Assembly: GCF_003704095.1 (NCBI RefSeq)
Contig: NW_020846216.1
Span: 124,001-188,000 of the forward strand
Reading direction: 5' to 3'
Source: Pocillopora damicornis
Taxonomy: Eukaryota
Length of the DNA stretch: 64,000 nucleotides
The notes below the pieces were generated by a model that saw nothing but the letters and a program-made list of their open reading frames with translations, made no database searches and was not told the DNA's origin. The translations under genes were made by a program, and so were the position numbers. Positions 1-9,651 of this stretch are shown one piece after another (position 1 is the first letter of the stretch; each line of letters opens with the position of its first letter).

Positions 1-213
1 ACCCAGGGTTTAATTTTAATCCAAGTTTCTATATTTCTCTGTTCAAATGCTGTTTGGGGATAATGTTCCCAATTCTTTTCATTTTAGAGCATTCAATTAA
101 CAAATTGTACACAAATGGCCTTTAACTGAATTTATTTTAAAGCTTTCAGCTCTGAAATCAAATTTCACACTAACCCTTGATTATCTTAACCCAGCTCTCA
201 ACAACCTGGCCCA
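1..213. repeat. Terminal part of an interspersed repeat, probably a MITE end, truncated by the window edge
   Basis: Ends in ...TTATCTTAACCCAGCTCTCAACAACCTGGCCC, a TIR-like terminus. Non-coding. The partner end is not in the window, and the family assignment is from recall only. Confidence 0.35.
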
Positions 214-235
214 GGGAAAGAGAATATAGTTATTA

Positions 236-400
236 ACTTTCTAAAGAAACTGCGGTGCTGCATCCGAGGGAGGTATAACAAAATACTGTGGTTTTATCAA
301 TTGGGTTGATAATGTGAATTGGCCAAAGAAGTTAAGCCTTAGAAACCCTTTACTGTGTCCAATTTACATCATCATCAATTCAGTTGATAAAACCAAATTA
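236..400 (-). mobile_element. Degenerate fold-back remnant of a Penelope-like element 3' end
   Basis: TTTCTAAAGAAACTGCGGTGCTGC...TTATCAATTGGGTTGATAATGTGAATTGGCC is followed by an inverted copy (CCAATTTACATCATCATCAATTCAGTTGATAAAACC). Same family as 22049-22432 and 37371-37604. Confidence 0.6.
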
Positions 401-404
401 TCCA

Positions 405-595
405 GGGAATGGGGTTTGAGCTCAAGCCCTGATGGAGACATTGTATTGTGTTCTTTGAGAGGACACTTCACTCTCCGAGTGCATCTCTCTACTTGAGAAT
501 GTGACTGGGAATTGGTAAACATTCAGCAAAACCAGACAAAATGTTGGATGGTACCCTGCGAGGGAGCTAGCATCCCATCTGGCAGTACTACTCAG
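405..595 (+). mobile_element. Degenerate tRNA-derived SINE
   Basis: Shares blocks (TTGTGTTCTT..ACACTTCACTCTC..AGTGC.TCTCTCTAC; CTAGCATCCCATC) with copies at 19855-20100, 31745-31905 and, reversed, 62897-63190. Confidence 0.55.
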
Positions 596-1435
596 AGGGT
601 CTCCTATACCCCTGTGTAAAACACATTCATGTAAAAATAATTGGCCTCTTCAGGCATCACTATAATATCCAAAATTCTTCAACTTTCAAACAAAATTTGA
701 GATGATTACATTTCACATTACAATAAAAAAACAAATTCACAAATTAATTGTTTACTTTTCCTAATCTTGACCAGTCTTAATAAACAACATAAGATGATGT
801 AACGTCTTATCTTATTTTTTCAAGAACCATTTGTGGTCTGTTTTATAACTTTTATCAATCCATGTGAATAAAGTAGTCAGAAATTCATCATGCCAAACAA
901 AATTGCTCATGAATCAGGTTTAAATCAGCTCTTCATTTACAGGTATCAATTAAATAAAAAATTTGTTCACTTGGGCATGAATAAAGAAAAAGTGAAATCC
1001 TGATTCACCAGAAAGACAATCAACCAATCACTCTTAACCTTAGGCATTATTCTGAGTACTTTCATATTAATTTATCAATCAATGAATTGATTACAGTAAC
1101 CCAGACAACAATTGACCATTTCCCATTTAAGTATATTAGAAAATCTCTCTGCAAAAGATATTCGATAACTTAATCGACAGTTTTGTTTAAAGTTTAACAT
1201 AATTTGTACAAGTTTTCCATTTGTTTGTTTTTCTTGGAAATTTCATTGTGTTTTCCAACTCAGTTGGTAATCATACCTGTGATGAACAAAACATGCACCC
1301 ACCTAGTGGTATTGGTTGCTAGATTCTGTTTAATTATATGTATAGCCACAAACCCAATTGGACACCCCTTACTCCTAATACTAAAGTAAAATGACGTCTC
1401 TGGTTTTATGTCCTTTTGTCAATTTTCTGCAATTT

Positions 1436-1646
1436 TTAACCCTGTAACTCCCAAGATCTGAATGTTAATTCTCCCCTGTAGCTGCTACACATTTCCTTGT
1501 AAATTAGTTATGAGAACTTGATGCTAGATCAAGATAGCAGCTTCTACCTGACAAGTTTGAATATTCTCATTGCCTGTTTGCTGAAGAATGTGTGGATATT
1601 GTAGGGAGAAGTTTTATGTTAATCACTTCTGGGTGTTAAAGGGTTA
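1436..1646. mobile_element. TTAA-flanked (piggyBac-like) MITE, subfamily 1
   Basis: TIRs TTAACCCTGTAACTCCCA / TGGGTGTTAAAGGGTTA, about 210 bp. Homologous copies at 8959-9171 and, inverted, 15835-16047. Confidence 0.75.
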
Positions 1647-1714
1647 CGGGTAGACTATGGAATTTGGATATTTTGTACATTTTTTAAAAATATATGGAAA
1701 AATGGGTGCAAGGT

Positions 1715-3250
1715 TTATATTTGTTGAAAGTCCATTTCTTCCCATTCTTTCATTGCTGATATGAAGTTATCATAACCTGCTCTTGCATCTTCTCCTGGTC
1801 TCTGGAGGTATCTTAAGGGAAATTTACGAATGGCAGACACTTTGCTTGCAATTGAATGCAAGTGGTCCGTACTGCAATTTGCAAACAGGTTCAGTTCTGG
1901 GATGAAATAGTGAGGACATGAGCAAGTCAGCAAAGAATGTAACAAATCATCCACCAAACCCAGAAAGCACAATGCAACATTCTCATCTGACCATCTGTCT
2001 GGTGGGTACCTTTCACTAGCCCAGAGAAGGAGAGTCTTCAAGTGATAAGTTGTAACAAGCTTGCAAGTTGAGGTAATATTTTCTTTGATGGCCATTTTGA
2101 ACATGCGGTAACAGTAGTTTCTGTTTCCAAGACCCTTGGCTCTCATCAGTTTTCCTTCAGCTGTGGAGAAAGAGATGCGCCACTCAAGTTCTTCATTGCC
2201 TCCTAGAGATGCCTTTGGCACAAGATAAAAGCCTCCTTGGACAATTTCTTGCACCAGATCCTGTGGAGGCCAAGCTCTTTTTCTTTCCAACCATTCCTGG
2301 CAGCATTTTGGCCAGCTGGTAAACCTAATTGCAGGAACCAAGTCAAATGATAATGACAGATCTCCATCCTCAAATGTCTCATCAATTTGAACAGCTGGCC
2401 CATGAGGTGCTACTTTCATTTCAAAATCTTCATTTCCTGGTGTTTTATTGTCAACCACATCCGAAAACATCTTGAGGTCATAAATTATTTGATAAATCTC
2501 GCTTCTGAACTTTGCAGCAGACAGGTAGCACTTGGAATTTCTAAATGTTGTTAGCTTTAACAAATCTTCCTCACTGTCATCTGAGAATGAAGGAACCTCC
2601 ACAAAATAATATCCTGGGTATTTCGTTTTGGCAATGCACTGGTCTTGATCTTCAAGTCCCAAAGCTGTATGCGATACACTCATCATGATATCATACTCAG
2701 GATTGACATGTACCACACTGATGTTATCCTCATAGCTTACTTCCGGGACTTGTGCTATTTCAACCGAGCTGCCAGTCAAGTCAAACTGCCATTTCAACCA
2801 AGACATGCTAGGGCTATCCCGCAAAACTACTTTTAGTAAAGCTTCGAATGTTGCTATGTATTGAAACGGGCTTATGACGTAATTCCAGTTTTGATCCAAA
2901 CAAACAAGAAATGTCTCTACAAGTCTTTCTTGTAGTTCTCCGAGATCAAGACCAGAAACAAAGTCTGTAACTTTCAGTGCTCTACTTGCAGCTCCGTGCA
3001 GATTTTCCGTTGTTACTAAAACACTTCGGCTTTGTTCTTCACTAAGAGCCTCAATTTCCTCTCGACTGCAAAATCCAAAGTCGGTAATATACTTCTCGAA
3101 AGCTTTATTGGCGTCAACGTATGAAATGGCATGCTTTCTCCTCCTGTATGGATCGTCTAATCCTTCGGCAAACTTTACCAAAAACCGGAAGGGATTTTCA
3201 CTTGATTCGCTAAACCAAATCAAATCATTTACTTCGAATTCCCACTCCAT
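1715..3250 (-). CDS. MAB21-domain nucleotidyltransferase / cGAS-like receptor (cGLR), single exon, 511 aa
   Basis: Uninterrupted ORF. The first in-frame ATG is at 3250 (the ORF track starts at a GTG). Motifs: LTGSSVE (GS at 2773-2768), PEYDIM (E/D at 2698-2690), HGPAV, FDLVPAI (D at 2344-2342), GFYLVPK, EWRISFSTAE, TYHLKTLLLW and CPHYFIPELNLF, all typical of Mab21/cGLR proteins. Confidence 0.93.
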   Translation of the reverse strand: MEWEFEVNDLIWFSESSENPFRFLVKFAEGLDDPYRRRKHAISYVDANKAFEKYITDFGFCSREEIEALSEEQSRSVLVTTENLHGAASRALKVTDFVSGLDLGELQERLVETFLVCLDQNWNYVISPFQYIATFEALLKVVLRDSPSMSWLKWQFDLTGSSVEIAQVPEVSYEDNISVVHVNPEYDIMMSVSHTALGLEDQDQCIAKTKYPGYYFVEVPSFSDDSEEDLLKLTTFRNSKCYLSAAKFRSEIYQIIYDLKMFSDVVDNKTPGNEDFEMKVAPHGPAVQIDETFEDGDLSLSFDLVPAIRFTSWPKCCQEWLERKRAWPPQDLVQEIVQGGFYLVPKASLGGNEELEWRISFSTAEGKLMRAKGLGNRNYCYRMFKMAIKENITSTCKLVTTYHLKTLLLWASERYPPDRWSDENVALCFLGLVDDLLHSLLTCSCPHYFIPELNLFANCSTDHLHSIASKVSAIRKFPLRYLQRPGEDARAGYDNFISAMKEWEEMDFQQI

Positions 3251-3322
3251 AAGATAACGAAAATAAGTCCTAAACACTGGTTGAATTGGGCTTCCTCGAC
3301 AATGGGTTTGAAGTCTCCCTTT

Positions 3323-3475
3323 TTACGTTTCCATTAATCAACAATCTCGCATAACCCCGCCATCTTGAAGTAACGCGTTCCGAGGGGACTGGTTCGGGTA
3401 TATTGAGAAGATTGAAGCGATAGCGCTCACCAAGATACACTATATAGCGCTCACACTACGGTATAATTTTTCCAA
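3323..3475. promoter_or_regulatory. Probable bidirectional promoter / 5' leader between cGLR and STN1
   Basis: CpG-retaining segment between divergent genes. Contains a YY1-type motif CCGCCATCTTG (3357-3367) and the direct repeat ATAGCGCTCAC at 3420-3430 and 3444-3454. Confidence 0.45.
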
Positions 3476-3822
3476 GAAATGAACTAATGTGTGTTTCGCA
3501 TTATTTGACATGAAAGACTCATAATAAAATTGACTTGTTAGTTTTCACGTTGACCAACTTTCAGTGACTCTTCCTCTTTCTCTCAAATTGGTCTTGCTGA
3601 ATTTTAGCTTACATGACTGGTGCAGCATAGTACCAAACCTTTGAGTGGGAGGACCTCCCCTTATGAGGGATCATGTGAAGTGAACCACTCCTCTGTCAGC
3701 TATGTGAGTTTGTGCTGGTTCAAAGGGTATGGTTTTTAACTTTCAAAGCAATGTTGGTCAGAAAATTGGTGTAAGCTTATTATGGTTGTGAATTATGTAT
3801 GATTTTCAGAAGAACCATGATT

Positions 3823-3905
3823 NNNNNNNNNNNNNNNNNNNNNNNNNNNNNNNNNNNNNNNNNNNNNNNNNNNNNNNNNNNNNNNNNNNNNNNNNNNNNN
3901 NNNNN
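3823..3905. other. Assembly gap (N run)
   Basis: Run of N. Other gaps are at 4100-4199, 14056-14155, 22897-23143 and 47638-47676. Confidence 1.
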
Positions 3906-4653
3906 CCCCCCCCCCCCCCCATGGAACCATTACTCAGATGTTACTAATACAGTTTTAGGATGAGTAAGTTTTCCTGATGTTGCTCATGTGTTATGTTCAG
4001 CATCTGAGTCAAGGTTGTTCCACAGTTTGAACTCCTGGCAGAGCTAGGCTGGAAGAACAAATGTGCCATTTTAATTCTATTCACTGCAATGCTGAGCATN
4101 NNNNNNNNNNNNNNNNNNNNNNNNNNNNNNNNNNNNNNNNNNNNNNNNNNNNNNNNNNNNNNNNNNNNNNNNNNNNNNNNNNNNNNNNNNNNNNNNNNNA
4201 TAAAATTCATATCCCCGTGTGGCCATGTAATATCCTCAATGTTTTGATTGTCTATAAGACATTTTTGGCAACCCCTTCATTACAAAAATGTGGTTAAAGA
4301 AGAAATGGAAACACTTTGAAGCATAATAACTTTCTTTGTTAGATATCAGTAGGAACTTGTTGAGAGGAAAATAATATCTTGTCCACATGGGTAGTAAATC
4401 AGAGCACAGGATTTGCCCTGGATAGCTCATAACTATATGATTTTTGAATAGTTAAACACTAGGTTCAAACACATTTTTGATGAAATGGCAAAGGAACATG
4501 TCATTGGTTATTCCACCTCTCTGTTTTGGAACAAAGACTTGCTCCTTTCTCTTTGTCCTTGCTGGAATCATGATTCCTTCCCCATCATTCATCAGAGCAA
4601 AATGAGGTTGTTGACAATAACCTTTTATTCATTTTTCATGACAAACTATGTAG

Positions 4654-7600
4654 TTGATGATGGGAGTGGCACAATTTCCTGTTGTAAGTGGCATTCCCAA
4701 GATCTTAACACTGGACAAGAATCCTATGACCTTGGTCAGCTGGTGACAGTGCAAGGAAAGATTTCTGTTTTCAGAGAGCAGAGGCAACTCACTATTGATC
4801 TGATCTGTATCCAAACATTTTATCTATTAAACTATACTGTTGTTTTGCATCATAAATGTGGTATGAGAGACAATTAAATTAGGTGCATGCAGTAAGACAA
4901 CATATATTCAAGGAGTTTCAAGGACTAATTATTAGTTGCTGCTGATGGTCAAATAAGGTAACAGTAAAGTCTGTACTCCAGCATATTGGCCCACCCAGTC
5001 GGAGCTTATCTTGGTTTCCAAGTGGCATAAAGTGATCAGGAGTATTACAACTCCACCCTGTATGAGAGTCCATTGCAAGGTTACCAAAGATTTTTTTTAT
5101 GACCAGCAAACTGCTAGATAGCATTATCAAGAATTTATTGACATCCCCTGATTCATGAGTTAAATATGTACTTTTCCTCTCCCACCATATCAAGTGGAGG
5201 GGTATTATGTTCAAGTTACACTTAATTTTTACCCTGGGTTTGTAAGCTCTTTCAAACTATTGACAAACTCAAAAATACTCTTCCAAATAAATCTTATCAA
5301 GGGTCATTACATTAAATAAGGTTCTTGAATAACTGTCTTGTCAAAAAGCTTCATGCAGTTAATAGCAACAACCTGTTAATGTTTTCCACTAGTCCTAAAA
5401 ATAGATCAGATGCTATTGTAGGCGGGAAATCAAAGAACAATTTACTTACCAGATAAATGGTGACAGGAAAATCTGACAGTTTGGCACCCCATGATTTGCA
5501 TATTTCAATCTCTAATCTTCACTTTTGCGACAAAACCAAGTTTGCACTTGTGGAAACCATTTTGGAACAGTTAATATATAAATGACAACACTTAACTGTG
5601 ATCAGATCCAGAGAAAGACCCTAATGCTGAAGTCCTCTTCTGGCTAGAAGCAGTCAATCTTGGCAACACAGTTTACAAAGAACCATTCACTCCTTCACTC
5701 AAAGATTTTCAAACAGAAAATAGCTCTGTATCAAAGGAAACAGAACTGAAAAAAGCTATTTTGACACACATTAAGGAAAATAAGATTGTAACATTCCAGT
5801 TTCAGACTTTATGCTTTGAGCCTGATATACAACAACTGGCAAGGGAGGCAGCAAAGCAAAAATGTACCAGTGAGGTAAGTTTAACCCTTTGACTCCTAAG
5901 GGTGACCAGAATCTAATTTCTCCCTACAGTATCTCCACTGACTTAAGATCATGAGTATCGAGACTAAAGGAAATGATCACCAACTAAAGTAGCTCTGGAC
6001 CATTAAACAAATTCTCCTTGTCAGCACCTTGGGAAATGTATAGAGAACAGCATGGAGAATATGCCTTCTGATGTTAGGCAATAATTACATGATCCTTAAT
6101 TATTTTAGATAGCATTGGTTTCACTTTAGTTTTTTTCCTTGTAATTGGTTGAGAAAACTTGTACCCTTCTATCAACCAATCAAATGGGAACATGGTGTAC
6201 TTAGCATTTTTACCACAATGCCTCTTTTATTTGCATTCTCGTTGGCTCATAGTGGCTTGTACACTTTGAACTTCTTCATTACCTCATAATGGCATGACTC
6301 CATTAAGAAAATTTCCTTGGTTTATTGAGTACAGTCAACTCTCTGTTAAAGGACACCCTCAATCAACAAAACTCTGACCTTTTAAGAACGACAGAACAAC
6401 AAAGATTGGTTTTGTCAAATCTCCATTTTTCTGCAAGAAAGCAAGCTGTATGTTCTTTTGATATTAATCCATTAACCCCTAAGAGTGACTAACATCTAAT
6501 TTCTCCTTACAATACAATGCCTAGCACAAACATTAAGGTCATGAGAATAAAGGAAATGATCACCCATTAAGAAGCTCTTGATTGTTGTAAAAATACTCCT
6601 TGGCATCACCTAGGGAAATGAATAGAAAACAGAATGGAGAATTTGTATACTGATGTTAGGGTTCATGGAGTTAAAGAGAGACTGACATATGACTCTCCAT
6701 AAGTGGACATCCACCCTATTTTTTCTTTAGTTTCCTCTTGTAGGAATAATTCTTGAGAGCTGACAGTTATACTGATGGCCACTTTTTCCAATTTCTGAGG
6801 ATGGCTTTTCAAGAGAGCTAACTGTATTTGATTTGTACACAGTGTTCAAATTAATGGCCAAGGTTTTAAATTCAAAAAAATAATAATTTGACCTAAACAG
6901 GGGTTATAAAACAAGCTGGTGATTGCCAGAGTCCTGGTAAATAAAACTAAGTATAAAACTCAAGTCCTACTTTATCACATGTCAACAGTTACTCCGGTCA
7001 AAATAATCACCTTTTGGCCCTTAATGAACTTTTCCCAATCCCCTACTTTTGCCAAGTCTGACACCTACTTCAAAACATTTTGAGAGTCCCACTTTTACTT
7101 TGCTTAAGGTACAAAAGCTTGCTGTTACGTTAAACTGTGGGACCCCAAATTCCAGTTAATAATGGATTTCTGAACTCCACTTTCTGACACAATAGTGAAT
7201 GTCTCACAATCTTTTCTTAGCTGAAATGTTTTTTCTCTCTTTTCATTCTCTTTCAGGAGGAAGCCAAAATATGGAATGATTCTCATGAAGCAAAGAAAGT
7301 TATTAGACATATAATCAAAGATCTTGAGAAAGATGGCTTGGTGTATCTTAAAGACTCAAGAAGAGATCTTTACCAGGTATAAAACTCTTTCTGTTACCTG
7401 TTCATACTTGATATGCACCTCCATTGTACACAAGGGAGCTTGAAAATCAGAGAATATTCTGGCTGTTATCTGTCCATACTTGATATGCTCCTCCATTGTA
7501 TACAAGGGAGCTTGAAAATCAGAGAATATTCTGGCTGTTACCTGTCCATACTTGATATGCACCTTCGTAGTATACAAGGGAGCTTGAAAATCAGAGAATA

Positions 7601-8438
7601 TTCTGGCTGTTACCTGTCCATACTTGATATGCCCCTCCATTGTATACAAGGGAGCTTGAAAATCAGAGAATATTCTGGCTGTTACCTGTCCATACTTGAT
7701 GTGCACCTCCATAGTATACAAGGGAGCTTGAAAATCAGAGAATATTCTGGCTGTTACCTGTCCATACTTGATATGCACCTCTGTTGTGTATAAGGGAGCT
7801 TGAAAATCAAAGAATATTCTGGCTGCCAGAGTTTTCAATGACTTTGTAGTTTTTGGTCTTCTTTCTTATTGTACCTCGTGTTCATAATTATTTTTTGTAG
7901 GTTATAAGTCATGAGCACAATCTTGGATCTGCAATTTTAAAGGCAATGAGCAAAATTGCAGGTAAACTTCAAGATAGAGAATTTACCCAATCCCTTCCTA
8001 TTCATAATACCTGCCTAGCTGGCCTGATGGTAAGTGGGTCACTTCATCATTCAATCAACAACTGCCTCTGACCCAGTAATTTCATCATTTAGCTAGCCAG
8101 TTTATAACCCGAGTGTCAGTGAATCAGTCAGTCAGTGAGTCATTCAGTTAGTCCCTCAGTGATTCAGTCAGTTGGTCAGTCAGCAGTTTTGGCTGGAGTA
8201 CTTACCACTTAAGAAGTCACAGCAACAGTTATGACCATACCCATTGAAATGAAGTTTGCTCCTTTGTCTTTTAGAACCATCAGGTTTCTCAATCTCTAAA
8301 TGGGCCATTATAGATGTCCTTCATTCCTCAAACAAGTTTCAACATGTAACAATGAAACAGGTTGAGGAATCACTTGACAAACTTCTACAGAACAGTGATG
8401 TTTACAAACAGAGTGAGAATGAATACTGCTTAGTGTAA
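4654..8438 (+). CDS. STN1: CST complex subunit STN1 (OBFC1), 5' part missing
   Basis: GT-AG exons 4654-4806, 5606-5874, 7257-7376, 7901-7961 and 8275-8438 splice in frame. They encode an OB-fold (VDDGSGTISCCKW...GQLVTVQGKISVFREQRQL...DPNAEVLFWLEAVNLGNTVY) and two winged-helix-like segments (IKDLEKDGLVY; LDKLLQNSDVYKQSENEY). Two wHTH units favour STN1 over RPA2. N-terminal exons were not found and are probably in gaps 3823-3905 or 4100-4199. Confidence 0.85.
5881..6079. mobile_element. TTAA-type MITE, subfamily 2
   Basis: TTAACCCTTTGACTCCTAAGGGTGAC...TCTAATTTCTCC...CTGATGTTAGG. Homologues at 6464-6674, 10510-10683 and 63901-64000. Confidence 0.7.
6464..6674. mobile_element. TTAA-type MITE, subfamily 2
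   Basis: Bounded by TTAA at both ends. Internal sequence matches 5881-6079 and 10510-10683. Confidence 0.7.
7391..7826. repeat. 72-bp minisatellite, 6 copies, in an STN1 intron
   Basis: Unit CTGTTACCTGTCCATACTTGATATGCACCTCCATTGTATACAAGGGAGCTTGAAAATCAGAGAATATTCTGG starts at 7391, 7463, 7535, 7607, 7679 and 7751. Confidence 0.97.
8113..8183. repeat. Degenerate (CAGT)n microsatellite
   Basis: GTCAGTGAATCAGTCAGTCAGTGAGTCATTCAGTTAGTC... Confidence 0.7.
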
Positions 8439-8958
8439 CAGTCATAGAAAGTTCATGCAATACTTAGCTGTTTCATTGATACCACTTAAAAGAAATATGC
8501 TGGTCTAGACAGTTTTTTTAAGCACAATGATTTTAAGCCATGCCAGTGAACAGATGGTATTCAAACAACTTAGTTATTGAGTTTGTAAACAACAGAGAGA
8601 CTAATTGCCCTGCAAACAAAGTTAGAGAGAACAAAGAATACATGATAAGGTCCTGTTTATTTATAACTGTCAAGGATACATACAGAAGGACAGGTTTTTT
8701 TGTATGTTTGGTTGAGTTTTTGTTATGAATGTACAATACTGAGAAAACCATGAAACTGCAAATTACAATAACTCTCCAATTTATTTGGGCTGTGCTTGTG
8801 ACTTGCTATGCTTGAAAGAAGCTCTAGGAGCCAAAATGAAATTAAAAGTAATGACCGTCATGTAAATATCTGCTTGATATTAAAAACAAACCAACTTAGA
8901 AAAGTTTATGAAGACTCTAGTGAGAAATATCCATAGTAAACCAATAAGCAAACAATCT

Positions 8959-9171
8959 TTAACTGTTTAACTCCTATGATCTGATTTCTAATTCTCCCCT
9001 CTAGCTGCTAAACATTTTCTTTGTAAAGTAGCTGGGAGAATTTGGTGTTAGATCAAGATAACAACTTTAACCTAATACGTTTGAGTATTCTCATTACCTG
9101 TTTGCTAGATAATATATGGGTATTATAGGGAGAAGTTACATGTTAATCACTTCTGGAAGTTAAAGGGTCAA
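8959..9171. mobile_element. TTAA-type MITE, subfamily 1
   Basis: Colinear with 1436-1646 (AATTCTCCCCTCTAGCTGCTA...GTTAATCACTTCTGGAAGTTAAAGGG). Confidence 0.75.
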
Positions 9172-9651
9172 GGCTGAATTGCACACACATTCTGATTGGT
9201 GTTTACTTGTGATCTATTGGAGGACTGATGCATAGATGACATCTTCATTAACAACATTTTGCTTTTTTTATCATATAAACAGATAGATTTCATGTTGCCT
9301 TGGATCTGTACAGAAATAAATTACAGAAGACGTCAAATTTTGGTAAGAATATCAGAGATACACTCCCTGCACGGCAACATGAAATCTATTTGCTATGTGT
9401 CTGTTTGGCATCATTCGCAACTAGAGCTAAATAGAGAAAATGCCATTGCCTGGATGGAAAGAGTCAGTTATCAGAAGCAGCAACACCCATGTTGAATGCT
9501 AGTTGTTCAGAATGCATTGCACTGCTACCCTTTTCTGACCAGATACTGGCACTAAGAAATAAGTTAAGAAAACTACAAGTGTATGGTTACCAGTTCATCA
9601 AAATTTCTGCAGTTTTTATGAGACATGTTTCAAAAGAAGTGTTGAACTTCA

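Noticed and set aside
3251-3277. GTG-initiated N-terminal extension of the cGLR ORF
   Set aside because: An artefact of a prokaryote-style ORF track. The first in-frame ATG is at 3250.
4485-4877. 130-aa ORF as a standalone gene
   Set aside because: Only 4654-4806 is an STN1 exon; the rest is intron read-through.
7356-7838. 160-aa and 126-aa repetitive ORFs, and a CRISPR-like appearance
   Set aside because: Both ORFs are by-products of a 72-bp intronic tandem repeat. The units are contiguous with no unique spacers, there are no cas genes, and the DNA is eukaryotic.
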